Below, piece by piece: positions 30,261 to 45,454 of a stretch of DNA of 64,000 nucleotides. The position numbers and the translations under genes were made by a program. How positions within the stretch are numbered: position 1 is the stretch's first letter; each line of letters starts with the position of its first letter. The notes beneath the pieces were generated by a model. The model had not been told where the DNA came from, searched no databases, and was given only the letters and a program-made list of their open reading frames with translations. This DNA comes from Eledone cirrhosa (taxonomy: Eukaryota), in assembly GCA_964016885.1 (NCBI GenBank), contig OZ024741.1, positions 69,564,001 to 69,628,000 of the forward strand. The letters run 5' to 3'.

Positions 30261-33200
30261 TCTTTATTAAATAGCACTCAGTGGGCTACATTGACAGAAT
30301 CCATTACAATATCAGTCAAAATGCTTTGTAACATTTAGTTATGACTCTTTACATTCTGATTTCAAATTCCACTGAGATCAACTTTGCCTTTCATCTTTCT
30401 GAGGTCAATAAAATAAAGTACCAGTTAAATGCTAGGTTTCTATTCGACTTTCCTTTTTCCCCCAAAATTGTTGGCATGGTGCTTAAATTAGAAAACATTA
30501 TTAGTTGTAATGAGACTACACCACTAAAGAATTGTGGCCTTGCATCTATGATTGTAAAGTGGTACTTTATTGTAAGACCAGTACTCATCCAGCATAGTTA
30601 TGTCCCTTTACGATTTGAGTTCAAATCCCGCCGAGGTTAATTTTGCCTTTCATCCTTACGAGGTCGATAAAATAAAGTACCAGTAATGTACTGGATAATT
30701 GCTGGCCTTGTGCCAAAAGTAGAAACAAATATTAGTTGTATTGAGGGTGGTAGATTGGCAGTATCAGTAGAGCATCAAACAAAATGCCTTGTGATATTTA
30801 GTTACAACTTTATGTTTTGAGTTCAAATCTCGCCATGGTCAACTTTGCATTTCATCCTTCTAGAGTCAATAAAATAAAGTACCAGTTAAATATTGGGGGC
30901 AATATAATTGACATTACCCTTCCCCTGAATTGCTGGCCTTGAGCCAATGTTAGAAACAATTATCAATAGTACTGTGGCATGTCAGTGGTCATGTAGAATG
31001 GTGTACATGCAGCAATGTTTAGGTAGCAGTTTCAATGTCTGATTAATTTGAGGGTGGTATATTAGTAGAATCATCAGAGCATTGAGAAAAATAACTTTGA
31101 CATTTGATCCAGTTCATTATGGAGTCACTAAAATAAAGTACTGGTCTTACAATAAAGTACCACTTTACAATCATAAATGCAAGGCCACAATCTCGCAGTA
31201 CATCATTGGTACATATTTTATCAATCCCCAGTGTGGAAAAAAAAATCAAATTGCAAGGTCAGATCTGGAGTGAAATGAACACAGAATTATGACTTTACAA
31301 TTTTTTCAATACCTAACACATATATTCAAAACATGGTGTATTACGAAGAAAACAAAATTATTCAAATGCTATCTTTAGTTGTGTGTGACTCTGAAAATGT
31401 TTATTTATATCAGTACACCTCTATGATCTGTGTACATACATATATGGTCACAGTCACAAGAACACAAGCACTGAGAAAGAACCACACACACATACATAAA
31501 CAGGACCACAGACATTCACAAACACAGATACAGGCACCTGCACACATGAATACAAACATATACACTTCAAAGAGACACCCAGACATTGGGACTGAAGCAT
31601 ACATTTCCAGTGTGATACATATGCACACACACAAGTGCATGCGCACTACACACACAATTATTTAAATTTCATTTGATGTTTTATAAACTTCAAAACAATG
31701 TTGCCAGCTTACTGGAATGTTGCAACATCAATAATCCATCCACTCAAAAGTTATATTTTATTATGCTGACTAGTGAACTTGTGCCATCAATAATGATGGC
31801 AATAGCATTGAATATATTTCATCTTTGGAGTCCAGGATTGGTATGTTATATATACTAAGATTACTGGATATAGGAACAATCATAGGAACTGGGGAATTTG
31901 TTTTGATAAATTATATTTTTGCATAAAAGAAACCTTATAATTTATATGGATTACTGACACACAGACGTGATTAAAGATAAAAATGATGTTTTAATAATTT
32001 ATTTCTAGGATATAATTACATAAATATTCAGCATATATGCGCAAATGACATATAGGAGTAACTTTGAAAAAATAACAATTTATAGGGACAAATGTATGGT
32101 TAGAATTCAGGATCTTGTGATTAGAAAGCAAACTTCTTATTGTAGCAATTGGATGATATAGGAAATTCATTGTGTGTAAATTTTAAAGAGTTACAGTACA
32201 CATGATTATTAATACCTTGTACTCACCATTAACCTTCCATCTCAACAAGGTGAGTCAAATTTCAAGAACTGATAAGCCCAGCCCTAATCTTCATGCTTAC
32301 AAATGTTATCAACCTTTCTAGATTTAATGTATTCAAGGTCATAGTATAAACAACACCACTACCACCGTAAAAGCCCCAATTTATTCAGATTTGCAACACC
32401 AGCACATTTTCATTTAAAATTTTTATTTTTCATGCTTGCATAGGTTAGACAAGCTGTCTCTTGAGGCTAGACAAGCCAGGGGACATCATGCTCATATGCT
32501 TGCTTTTGGTTTGATTTTACTGTTGGATGGACTTCCTAATGCCACCCATGTTGGGACTGGGTGGGTTATGACATGGCACCAGTATGACCACTTTACAGGA
32601 TGGACTGAGTGCTTTCTGGAAGTGAGAAAAGCAAAAACAGTGCTGGTAACATATATATATATACACATGCACACATATATACATACACATAAATACAAAC
32701 ATATACACACATACATTATATACATATATATACATACATATTGTATCCAGTGAGGATCAGTATCTGATTTAGAAAAGGTACACCATATTGCTGCAAGTCA
32801 TAAGAAGTGACTAAGTGTTGGCACTGAGAAGGGCGTCCAGTTGAGACATTGCTTTAAAAAAGGACCCCATGACATGCAAGACTAAGCCCTGCATTAGCAG
32901 TGTAAATGGTTTTGTTGTTGTTGTTGTACATACACAAATACACACACACTCATACATACAAAACCAAGAAGATACTAACCCTTACTGATAACTTCCACAT
33001 CAAGAGTGATACTGACAAGATCTAAATTAAACAGAGGAATGCAGACAGAAGCATACAATCTTTGAGTATCATATATCACTCAGATAACACTTGATGAACA
33101 GTAAAGAGAGAAATGAGTATATAACATGTATACTCAGTAGTGAAAACAACAGCATCTTGAGAGTACAAAAAAAGTGAAGAACCCATAGGTGAAGAACTCT

Positions 33201-34844
33201 TAATCAAATATGAGTGTACAACTGTTCCATGCAACTCAAAGATAGTTGGACAAATTTACTTAAAGCGAAACCTGGAAGTGAAAAACTCATCATACCAGCA
33301 GAAAATAATGCATGGGTACATATCTCACAAGCCAGAGGATACCAACAGCATTTAAAGGAAAAGTAGTTTCTGGACTTGTGACAAATACATCACATCCCAC
33401 CGGGAACAGGAAATAGCTGCTAAATACTAAATAAAATGAGAGAGATAATGATATCTCTAGATCCCAACATTGTGATATAAAATATTGATTGTGGAAGGTA
33501 TCATTTGAATCATCTGCATTGACAGCATGCAATATTTTGCTGTCTGATGGTCCTAAAGAAAACTGTGAGCACATGAATGGTTTATAAAAGCAGTGCAAAC
33601 CATGCACAGAATAGCTGTCAGCAAAGTGAAAGTTGGCAATAAACTTAATAAGGAATTCTGGTCGATGTTTATCAAGGTTCAGTTCTCAGCCTCTTCTGTT
33701 CATTAGTTTTCCAGGTTATAACAGAGTTTAAGACTAGTTGTCTGCAGGAATTCCTATATACTGATGAGCTAGTACTACTAGCTGAATTGATAGGGTTTAG
33801 ACAAGAAACTCCAGATATGTAAACAAAACTTATAATCAGAGTAAATTTAGTGAAAAGTAGAATCATAGTAAATAAAACGACAGGCCCTTGACACCATAAG
33901 AAAATGGTCATGCTAAATAAGCAGAAAAGGAGTAAAGAGAACCTCTATACAGTGTAGTCAGAGTAAACATGAGATGTAGTTAGGGCCAGATTTAGACCTT
34001 GGGGGACTTGGGACACTTCAGGTTTGGCAGGCTCCTCATACCAAAAAAATTAGAATACACACCAAACCCCCAATTTTACATATCAAAGTCAGCTGACGCA
34101 AGTAATTGAAATTGAAACATTATGCATACAGGTATTAAATTCCAAAAATCTCCACTCTCCACACAGATTATCATAGTTCGAGACCAGACATATCGGAGTG
34201 ACCTCATCTTGTTCAAACATTACATATTTGGTATAGTTTCTATGGCTGGATGCCCATCCTAACATAACCACTTTAGTGTGTTTATTGGGTGCATTACTTT
34301 TGCAATACCAGCACAACCACTTCACACAGTGGCATCAAATGCTTTTTATTAGAATACTGTTCTGATAATAACCTGCTGTCTCTAAAGTTCAGAAAATTTG
34401 ATGAATTTTGTCACAGTAAGGACATTAAATACTTTTTGTTAAAAATATAGTTCTCGTTGACAAAGGCAATTGCTCAATTTCCCCCCTCATTAAATCTAGA
34501 CCTGGGTGAAGTAGTATCACAAGCAAACTAACAGAGAAAATACTTTTTGTGTATGGCATAATGAGATACAATCTCTTCAATCCAAGGAAGGCTTTGTAGA
34601 TGTTGTTTGATAGTTTGTTACCTAGATGACCGAATTAACCATATTGGAGGATGCTCTAAAAGAATAGTGGGCTCTCTCCAAACAAAGAGTAGATTGTGTG
34701 GTGCCTGTGTACATAATGCAATACTGCATAATAAAAGAAGTATATATCTGTATTTATATATAATGTAATTTGATCAACAACAAAAAATCTCTGAGAGAAG
34801 AGTTGACTAATAAAGATCATGCAGCCAACTATCAACAAATTATC

Positions 34845-36172
34845 GTTTAACGTCTGTGGGCCGAGTGCAAACTATCCTTGAAAGGTCGAGCGGAGGTGGC
34901 AAACACTTTTATAGCATCCGTCATCTACAACCGCTTGACCGTCGTGCCTTGTTCAGCCAAAACGCTCACCAAAATGGAGCGCGCGCTCTTCCAATTCCTT
35001 TGGAAGAAATGGGCTCCTTTCGTGAGAAGATCCATCTGCTGCCAACACCCTTCAAACGGAGGGCCGGGAATGCCGTGGCTGGCAACGCGCAAACACACGT
35101 TCAGGCTGCAGCACCTCCACGTATTCCTCACCGGACAACCAGTGTGGGCTCCGTTCGTGAGGCGAGCCTTCCCATGACTCGTCTCGCTGACCAAGCTGCA
35201 ATCCTGGGTCAAGCAAAGACCGAGGAAAATGGGCGACTGGCACATCGAATGTGCTCAGGCGCTCACAGTCCTCTGGCAAACGGACCCGGCGATTAGTGGA
35301 GACTCCACTTCGTCATTCTATAGAGGGTTAGTCCGCAGCAGGTGCGACGATGCGCTCGGAGATATTCTTGGCGTAGAGGAGGACGAACTGGCCAGTCTGT
35401 TCGGTAGGACCTTCCGCCCGGGACCGATGGACAACTTCCAAAAGTCCCGGGCCTGACAGTGCTACCGAGGAGCTCTACCAGTTCGAGACAAGCTCTACAG
35501 ACACGGGCGCCCAGGCAGGGACCCTTCAATGTCCGAGATGCGTGCGCGATGAGGAAACCGTCGCGCACGCATTCGTACACTGCCCGGGCGTTACCGATCT
35601 GTGGGGCTATGTAGAACGACTATTGTCGCGGGTGCGACCAATCCAGTTGACCACCGAGTCCATTGTCATAATCAAACCGCCACCCTCCTTCAAAAACGAA
35701 GGAGAGGCAGTTTTCCTGTGTTATGGCTATGGTGAAAGAGGTTATATGGTGGACGAGGTTAAAAGGGCTGAGGTCAGACACCTTTCTCTCCAGTGAACAA
35801 CCGATTCGTTTTTTCAAATATCATTTTGGAAGAAGAATCAGGATGGAGAGAGAGGTGCTGTACCCCAGCAAATTTTATGAAAGGTGAGTGAATGTGGCAA
35901 AGATGGCCCGAGTGGTTGGGCCTTCTCTCTATATAAGCCTGTAGGTTGAGGAAAAAGAAGAGAGGAAGGGAGTACTCACACTTGGTGCTCCTGGAGATGA
36001 GGGTTGTACATTTTTTCGGGGTGTGTACAACCCCTATGTAACGCCTCCCCCCTATTGGGGATTTCAATTGTTATTTGTTATTTTATTAATAGTTTTATTT
36101 TCATATACCTGTATTTAAACTCTCCATTTGTATTTGTCCCCTTCTTTTGTGCCCTTATGGCTAATAAAGAAA
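34845..36172 (+). mobile_element. Decayed L1/Tx1-clade LINE 3' fragment
   Basis: GC-rich island encoding SLKGRAEVANTFIASVIY, FQFLWK, GGPGMP and a C-terminal CPRC...ETVAHAFVHCP zinc knuckle. AATAAA at the end. Confidence 0.85.
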
Positions 36173-36743
36173 TTTATCTTCCACGCTAGCATGGGTTAGA
36201 TGAGAATTGTCCCACTTGAGGCAAGATTGGGCGAGTGACCGTGTCTCGCTCGTATAGGACTGTATCTGGGAGGTTTTCTATGGCTGGATGCCCGTCCTAA
36301 CACTAACCACATTTACAGTGTGGATTGGGACCCCTTTTTACTGTGTCTCCTACACGACCACTTTACAGCATGGACTGGGTGCTTTTTGTCATGACACCTA
36401 CACGACCACTTTAGTGTAATATATATTTTTTTAGTGATATGGACATTCTTTTTGCTCCTCATTTTTTTATATGACTGTATACACTTATGTAAAGTCATCC
36501 CAGTAGACAAATTACATGCTGGTTTTTCATGTATTTTTTATGGAAAAAGTATAACACATACATGAGTGCATATGTGTATGTATGTCTGTTGTGTATGTAC
36601 GTGTGTGTGTATACACTCAAAACAAATACACAAATAAGCAAGTAAACACCACTAAGAAATTGCCTGATATCCAACTTGTTCAATCACAACCTTTTGGAGA
36701 ACAGGTAGTGCTTTAATGTACTCTTACATGATAGACGCTTTAA

Positions 36744-36948
36744 CCCTTTAGCATTTACATTACTCTATATTTACTATTATATTTTCATGGAAAAGGCTTT
36801 ACCACACATAATATCGAATCTATGAGATTTTGATATCTATTTTCAGAACAATACCTTAACGTCAGTATGAGTGGCCGGTTGTGGCCAGTTTAAACAGAAA
36901 GAGGTGAGAGAATTCTGGCTGGATACGGCTGGTTTAAATGCTAAAGGG
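36744..36948. mobile_element. piggyBac-type MITE
   Basis: Perfect 14-bp TIRs CCCTTTAGCATTTA with a TTAA TSD. Confidence 0.85.
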
Positions 36949-38559
36949 TTAAGCTGTAGAAATATATATATATAAATGTTGCGGGGGTAAGTTTTATATG
37001 ATAAATGCATTTATAGTAGCTTTAACTCTTAATGTCCTGTGCCACATGAAACTGCATTAACAAGATATTAAGAAGTACAGAACAGCACTATGACTATTTC
37101 ATATTCAATATTAAAAACTTCACTGCAAATTTTCACAATGATCTGTCCACTAGTAAAGATACTATAAATATTTCAATTAATATGATATTAGAAATTATAA
37201 GCACTTGTTTGAAGCAAAAAGGAGAAATATGTACACACATGTATTACATACCATTAGTGGACATGTTTCTTTTTTTGTTTTTTGTTAATATGACTTTACA
37301 ATGATAACCATAGTAATTAATTCATTCTTTAAAGATATATAGTTAAGCAAGCCATAGGAAGAAATCACTGACTGAGGTGTATATTCTTGGTGATATTGTT
37401 GTCTAGCTCAAGATTAGACATGATTGAACACTACATAACCAAACAGTTAAGGAGTGTGCTTCTCAATCATTAGGTTATCGGTTTGATATCATTGCGTGAG
37501 AAATCTCTTTTACCATAGCTTCAGGTCAATGGAAACAGTTTGGAAGCCTGTCAGATGAGCTATACCTGTAATTCAAAGGGCTAGCCTTGCTACACTCTGT
37601 ACAACACTGATTCTCCCTTGGAATTAAGTTAAGGGTACACATATCTGTGGAATGTTCAGCCACTCACATAATAATTTCAGAAGGCTGTTCTACTGATCAA
37701 ACAACTGGAACAATCATTCCAGACCTGATCAAACAGATTAAAGGTATTCCAGCCATCACCATTTCATGTTTATTTTAAGATATAATAAATATATATATGT
37801 GACTAATATATATGAGTTGTACCATTTTTTAAAAAGAGATTGGCGTATGAATGTAGCTAAATTTGATAGCTATATAGAGAGTCCATCACTGGTTTGTCAG
37901 AAATGGATTTAGAAATATGATGTGTTATAATTTGTATAAAAGTATGATGTATGGTAGATATGTGTAAGATTATACTAAACTAGAAAGTGGAAAGATTATT
38001 TTCAGTAAAATATAAGACATTTTTTAACTGAGTGAAGAAATGTAGAAAGATATCTTACTTGATGGTGGAGGCAATTTCACAAGCCTACAACTGACAGCAA
38101 TAGTGAATAGTGAAAGGAATACAAACTTTCTGAGATATATATATATACGTGTCTGTGTCTGTGTGTCTGTGTGTCTGTGTGTCTGTGTGTGTGTGTGTGT
38201 GTGTGTGCAGAGATAAAGATAGATTGTGAAAAGGATGAATAGAAGACAATGACAATGAAAAAAAGAAAGAAATAATTAGAAAATGATAATGACAGAGAAA
38301 AGCAAGAATGAGAGAAAAACACTTTATACATATATACATAGAGAGATAGATGTAAGAGAAAGAGAGGGGATTGATAAGTGGGCCACAATTAAAGCTAGAT
38401 AACAAAGAGGATGAAAATCCAGGTAAACAATAACACAATTAACAATAATTATTATCATAATAATAACTATTTCTAACATAGGCACAAGGCTGGAAATTTC
38501 AGGGACCAGTTCATTACATTGACCCCAGTACTTGACTGGTACTAGGTTGGTAACATGAC

Positions 38560-39250
38560 AAGAGCACCTAGTCTGCCCTGTCAGGTGGTCGTAGTTGTGA
38601 TGGTGACATTACAAAAGCACCCATCCCAGCCTGTAGGGTGGTTGTGCCAGTGACACAACACAACAATAAACCGCCCAGCCCACCATGTAAAGTGGTTATG
38701 ATGGCGATATGACAAAAGCACCCAGCCCAACCTGTAAAGTGGTCATGTTGGAAACAACGAAAAGCACCCAGTCTTCACTGTAAAAGAGTCGTTTTGATGA
38801 TGCGACAAAAGCACCCAATTGATACTGTAAAGTGATTGTTTTGGTGACATGACAAAAAGTACCCAGCTCACACTGCAAAGTGGTTATTTTGGTGCCACAA
38901 AAAAAGTACCCAGTCCACACTGTAAAGTGGCCGTTTTGGTGTCATGATAAAAAGTGCCCAACACTGTAAAGTAGTTTTGGTGACACAACAAAAAGCACCC
39001 AGCCCACACTGTAATGTGTTCAAATTGGTGACACAACAAAAAATACCCAGTCCACACTGTAAAGTGATCATTTTGGTGTCATGATAAAAAAAGCACCCAG
39101 TTCACACAGTAAATATGGATGGCATTAGGAAGGGCATCCAGCCATAGAAACAGTTCTGTATGAGCAAGATATGGTCATCTGATCTGACGTGTCTAACACA
39201 AGCTAGCATGGAAAAATGGACATTAAATGGTGATGATGAAGATGATGATG
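38560..39250 (+). repeat. ~57-bp tandem array derived from the RTE/SINE 3' tail
   Basis: Repeated AAAAGCACCCAGTCCACACTGTAAAGTGGT units ending in TTAGGAAGGGCATCCAGC and (GAT)n. A similar array lies at about 46110-46550. Confidence 0.75.
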
Positions 39251-40267
39251 AATGTACTCACATACATGGATCCCCCCATAACTTTGCACACACACACCAC
39301 AAACAAATATAGCCCTATGATGCCATTTTTAATGAATGATTCAATATCCTCCTCTTCCCATAACACTTCTATTGACTTCATAATATCCCACCACAGACAC
39401 ACATTTTGCTATAGTCTTCAACATCTCTCCATGCTACCACTTTTCTTCCCACCCAACAATTCTGGTACATGTCAATAAAACCAACAAAGGACAAGAAAGA
39501 CAATTCTTTAAAAGAATTCCTTTGTAGTTATTTGTCCATTCCATTTCAGCCACAATGGAGAGAGTGACAGAATGAGAGAGAGAGAGAGAGAGAGAGAGAT
39601 CATAGGAAAATAGAAGCTTTAAATAACCACTGCTACAAACAGTAATACAACTACTTTACATCACTTACAAAACATTATTTATGTTTATCCGTGGATAATT
39701 TCATAATTTTATTTTAGATATTTTTCGTAAGAAATGTTCTCAATATCACCTTACAAATGAAAGAATTTGTTATTTTATTAAATTCTTCCAAATGTTTGGT
39801 TATTTTCAAAATGAATTGAAACACATGAAGTGCCTAGAAATGCCAATGGAAGGAAACCACAGTAGAGGTAGACCAAGAAAGACCTGGGCAGAAGTTGTGA
39901 GAGCTGACCTCAAATCACTGAGATTCACAGAGGCGATGACAAAAATTCTGACGTTTGGCGAAATGCCATGCTGAGAAGGGCCCATTCAACCCATGCAAGT
40001 GTGGAAAAGCAGATGTAAAAATGATGATGATGATATGAACAGTATATTTCATTAGAAATATGATAACGAAAGGGGTACAAGCAAGAGGAGAGGGGATATG
40101 TAATAGTACACAGCAAACCTAAGATTATATCTGAAGGTCCTAACATACCTTATTCAAGCTACAGAACTACACTACAAAGCTGACCACAACCAGCAGTCTA
40201 TACCCTGATTTCTTGTCCAAGCAACAACACTACACCACTACAAAGCTGCCCCCCCCCCCTCGTATCT

Positions 40268-40470
40268 GCAGTAACCTCCATCATACAACACTACACCACC
40301 ACAAACCTGACTCCCCTCCTCCTACCTGCAATAACCTCCATCATACAACACTACACCACCAGAAACTTGACTCCCCTCCTCCTACCTGCAATAACTTCCA
40401 TCATACAACACTACACCACCACAAACCTGACCTCCCCACTTACAGTAACATTCATCATACAACACCACAC
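40268..40470. repeat. 60-bp tandem repeat (about 3 copies)
   Basis: CATCATACAACACTACACCACC repeats at 60-nt spacing. Confidence 0.8.
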
Positions 40471-41375
40471 CACCACCTGCAGTACCATTCATCACACTAT
40501 ACCACACCACCTGGCAACAGTACCCTCCAATCAACACTACCATCATCACCACTACAACTGCACAACAAACCTGAACCCCCCCCCCCCCCCCCCGGTTTGT
40601 TGAAAGCTTCAGCAAACCTGTTATAATAAACTTTAATGCTAGTGCTGTTGGTGATATGTTTAGGATGTAATGATAGTTGGGGTGATGCTGCTGGGAATGA
40701 TGGTGTGGTGATTTACATAAGCCCTGGTATTGATTATTATTGTCCTGGCAACAAGGATTATTCAACTGATTTGGGGACCAGTGGTTGACTAATGTAGGTG
40801 TATATCAATCCATATATAATAAATATGTTTACATAAATGTGGTAGAAAATGCAAAATCACTTACCAAAATCACTCACCATCTCTCTTATCTACTAGTGTA
40901 ACCCAAGAATCATACTTCCCTCAAACTCTAGTTTCATTCACATTATACTCTCGCAACACAATCAGTCCCTTTCAAATCTTAAGAGAAAACACGTAATTCA
41001 ATCTATTCTGTTAATGCGATGTCACTGCACCCTCATACATTTAATCATGTTTTTAGTATTTTAATCTGTGATCATGTATGTCACAGCTAACACAGCATCA
41101 GAGAAAGAATGTTGTTACTGTTCACTACTTGCTTACTTACACTATGATGATGAGATATGGAAGTCAATATTGTCTTATAGATTTAGTAAACAAACTATTC
41201 TTGGTGGAAGAATACTTGCAAACTTGACGGACTAATATTCGACTGGTAGTTTATTTATCAACCGTGAAAGAATCAAAGTTGACCTTAGCAGGATTTGAAC
41301 TCATTGAGCTAGAACAAATACCAAGGTATTTTTAATCCAATGCCCTAATTTGCCACCTTTATTTATTATGCATAA

Positions 41376-41560
41376 GGGTGGTAGATTGGCAGAATCGGTA
41401 GAGCGTCAGACACCATGCTTTCTAGCATAGTTACGTCCCTCTACAGTCTGAGTTCAAATCCCGCCGAGGTTAACTTTGCCTTTCATCCTTACGGGGTCGA
41501 TAAAATAAAGTACCAGTAATGTACTGGGTAATTGCTGGCCTTGTGCCTAAAGTAGAAACA
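41376..41560 (+). mobile_element. Full-length Nin/Deu-domain tRNA SINE with an 18-bp TSD
   Basis: TSD TTTATTTATTATGCATAA at 41358-41375 and 41561-41578. A box TGGCAGAATCGG, B box GAGTTCAAATCC. Confidence 0.88.
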
Positions 41561-42907
41561 TTTATTTATTATGCATAAACATTGTATATGCCTTTATTCT
41601 GAATTACACTTTGTTAGTGTTATCGTTAATGTGGTAGTTATTATGGTGGTAGTCAATGTGGTGACAATATTTAACCAATCCCAGGATCCTCCAAACATAG
41701 CTCACACACACATTTACTCAGGGTTCAAGTTGCAAGGTCAATGAAGTTAATAAATTATGCATGTATACAGCAGTAATATAGATGTGCATATTAACATGTC
41801 TACAGAGCATGTATGTTACATTTGTCAAAAACAAATTTTATCTATAACAGTTTTCACCTTACTGAATGCCAATGAAGTAACATATATAGGAAGGAGTAAA
41901 GCACAAGTAGATAATTAAAAAAAGAATATCAACAAGAAAAGAAAAAATGAGAGGTGGTGAAAGAGAGGGGTTTATTTAATTCTTTTTTTAACCATATTTC
42001 TAATGAAAGAGACTGCCAATGTGTTTCAATTCATTTTTTCTATAATTTTTTTCTATAATAAAAGACAACCACATGCGACCTCCCTATTGCAAATATATAT
42101 TTTGTTAGTACTCTGAGACAGGTTTGCTCAATTATACATTCAAATCATATCTCGTTGAGTGAGTAATCTGAGCAATTGAGATTAAAGCGAATATATTTCC
42201 TATAACCTTGCTACTATAGACTCATAAAAGATATGAAGAAATTCAGTAAAATAACTAACTTGATAATCATTAAGTATATGCTTGGAATAATACTTAACAA
42301 AAAATCTCTTAAATAAAATTATGACAGGAGGTTTTAATTATAAATATGAACCCTTTAACATAAGCAAGCTTGTATCATAGAACCAGGGCAGTTTCATGCC
42401 AGTTGGTATCAAAAGAGCTAAAGAAAAAAATTGCTTATATCTTTATATATTTCAAATATATTTCCCACTCTGTCCTTTCTCACCACAACAACCACAAAAG
42501 GCCCTAGATAAGAACCCCATTACAATATATTTTGTCTCTTATCTATCTGATGTCAAGTTATCACCATGATGACCTTTCAACAGATCCTCAAGCTACGAAC
42601 TACAGAGTAATAGTACAGGTATTCATATAACTTGAAGATATATGTCTGGCCTGTAACGGGAAGACCTTTATATGCATTACTCATATTCTGTATTTTGTAA
42701 CTAACACATCTTGTTAGGAAGGGCATCCAGCTATAGAAATTAAGCCCAAATCAGTTCCCGTATGAGCAAGACAAGGTCACCCAACCTGGCATTGCCCACA
42801 ACAGGACAGCCTGTCTAACCCATGTTAGCATTGAAGAATGGACATAATACGGTGATGGTGATGATGATGATGATGATGATGATGATATATATATATATAT
42901 ATATATA

Positions 42908-44885
42908 AGATATGAAGACAGGCAAGGCAGCTGGGCCTTCGGAGATAGTTGCTGAAAGTATCTGGAACGGTGGGACACACTATGGTCACCCGGATAGTAA
43001 ACCAAGTCATACAGAACGGGGTCATACCAAATGACTGGCGTAGCAACATCATCATTAACTGCTACAAGGGTAAAGGAGATGCCCTAGATAGGGGAAACTA
43101 TAGAGGCATTAAATTAATTGACCAGGTCATGAAGGTTACAGAAAAAGTTATAGCGCAACTAATCAGAGAACGAATTGATCTAGACGAAATGCAGTTTGGG
43201 TTTGTGTCAGGTAAAAGTACCACAGACGCCCTTTTCCTTGTACGACAACTACAGGAGAAGTACCTAGATAAAAGTAAACCCCTATACTTAGCTTTTGTTG
43301 ACTTGGAGAAAGCATTTGGCAGAGTCCCCCGCACCACTATATGGTGGGCGCTTAACAAACTAGGGGTTGATGAATGGCTTGTGAGAGCTATACAAGCCAT
43401 GTATAAAGAAACAGTCAGCAAGGTTAGAATTAACAACGAATATAGTGAAGAATTTAGCATAAAAGTTGGGCTCTGTCCTTAGCCCCCTCCTATTTATTAT
43501 TTCCCTTCAGGCTATAACAGAGGAGTTCAAGACCGGCTGCCCATGGGAACTTCTATATGCAGATGATCTAATGTTCATAGCTGAATCGATGGCTGAACTA
43601 GAGAAGAAATTCCAAACATGGAAGCATGGCCTAGAATCAAAAGGCCTTAAAGTTAACTTGTCTAAAGTTAACTATGTAGGAAGGAAAATAGGACACAGGT
43701 CCGCTCTGGGAAATGGCCATGCTCAGTGTGTAGGAAAGGAGCAGGCATAAATTCCATTTTATGTCCCAAATGCAAAGTATGGATGCATAAAAGATGTATT
43801 GGGATCACAGGTAAGCTATCTAAGAAAGTAGATTTTATATGTGGCCGGTGTTCAGGTGCAATAAGTAGCAAGTGCCCACAGGATACTAGCTCCTTCTATT
43901 GCCCAGATGGCTCTATAGAAATAGTGGACACCTTCCATTACCTGGGTGACAAAATCAGCAGTGGTGGAGAGTGCTCAGAAAGTACAGTAGCCAGAGTTGG
44001 AACAGGATGGAAAAAGTTCAGAGAGCTTATACCACTATTGGCAGCTAAAGGTTTCTCTCTAAAACATGAAAGGCAGACTGTATGATGCCTGCATACGAAC
44101 AGCTGTTACATGGCAGTGAGACATGGGTATTGTGTGCAGAGGATCTACGCAGACTGGAGAGGAACGAAGCATGCATGCTCCGGTGGATGTGTAATAGTAA
44201 TAAACATGAACAGCAAAGCATAAATGAACCAAGTGAGAAATTAGGTATAAGAGGGATCAGATGCTGTTTACTCAAGAGAATACTACGTTGGTATGGTCAC
44301 GTGATGCGCATGAAAGACGACAGCTGTATAAAAAAGTGAAGGGCGATCAAAATTGACGGAAGTTACGGAGTAAGCAGACCCAGAAAAACCTGGGACGATT
44401 TGATAAATTCCGACCTTACACACTTACACCTCTCTAAGACAATGTCACTGGACCGAGATTTTTGGCGCTACACAGTAATACAGAAAACCCACCTTGCCTA
44501 AGTACAAAGTGAAACCTACAGTCAGTAGGTACTTCTTAATCAAATATACACCCCATCCCTTTACCCCAACTCCGCCACCCCCACCAACACCACCCCTTTC
44601 TCTGTAAAGTTATCTTGGTATCACAACATCCAGTCCTAAATAAATGAGGTTGTGTAGGTGTCACGACAAAAACACACACACAGTCCACGCTGTAATATGG
44701 CCGAGGTAACACGGTAAAAACCTCCCAGTCCACACTGTAAACGTGGTTGGTGTTAGGAAGGGCATCCAGCCGTAGAAAACCTGCCAGACAGTCCTATACG
44801 AGCAAGACGACCAATCTTGCCTCAAGTGGGACCATTCCCGTCTAAACCCATGCTAGACATTAAACGATGATGATGATGATGATGA
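42908..44885 (+). mobile_element. Frameshifted RTE-clade LINE with a PHD finger (same family as 19798-21327)
   Basis: YKGKGDA, NYRGIKL, QFGF, AFVDLEKAF, LLYADD, PHD and HGSETW, with several frameshifts and a (GAT)n tail. Confidence 0.93.
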
Positions 44886-45068
44886 TATATATATATATAG
44901 AATTAGAATTTAGCTTTGAGCATAGCTGGATACAGATATGTATTGGAATTTCGTATTTCTAAAGAAATACAGTATGTTTATAAATAAACATTTAGAAAGC
45001 CGTAGCTATGCAAAAACACCAGCGGCTATAACCACCTGGCGGTCTCCAGCAGTTACAAGAGTGGGAGG

Positions 45069-45114
45069 AATTGTCCTGATTAGAACCAGTTCAGTTCGAA
45101 ATGCATCGACGATT
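45069..45114 (+). ncRNA. Minimal type I hammerhead ribozyme (G8U lesion)
   Basis: AATTGTC-CTGATTA-GAAC(CAGTTCA)GTTC-GAAA-TGCA-TC^GACGATT. Confidence 0.75.
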
Positions 45115-45399
45115 GTCCCCGTTGCTTCTGCTGGACACCACCAGGTTGCGATAGCTACCAGTTTTTTTGCATAGTTACGGCTTTCTAAATGTTTATTTAT
45201 ATACATACTGTATTTCTTTAGAAATTCGAAATTCCAATACATATCTGTATCCAGCTATGCCCGAAGCTAAATTCTAATTCTATTCTATTATAAGTTGAGC
45301 GAACTTATACAGCTTTATATGCAAATGAGATTAATCATTTACACAGATGAGAAAACTATATATTCTTGCCTGTTTTCAAGTTCAGCAGTTGCAAGAACA

Positions 45400-45454
45400 G
45401 GAGGGATTGTCTTGATGAGAACCAGTTCAGTTCGAAATGCATCGACAATTCTCC
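45400..45454 (+). ncRNA. Minimal type I hammerhead ribozyme (C3U)
   Basis: GGAG-G-GATTGTC-TTGATGA-GAAC(CAGTTCA)GTTC-GAAA-TGCA-TC^GACAATT-CTCC. Confidence 0.8.

Noticed and set aside
38560-39120. CRISPR-like repeat-spacer appearance
   Set aside because: Eukaryotic context, degenerate units homologous along their whole length and to LINE tails, and no cas genes.
40213-40765. His/Pro/Thr-rich ORFs
   Set aside because: Derived from a 60-bp repeat and low-complexity sequence, with no domain evidence.
40855-40880. Possible donor sites of the missing GAPDH 5' UTR exon (also near 32222)
   Set aside because: GTAAGT/GTGAGT matches alone are not enough without transcript data.
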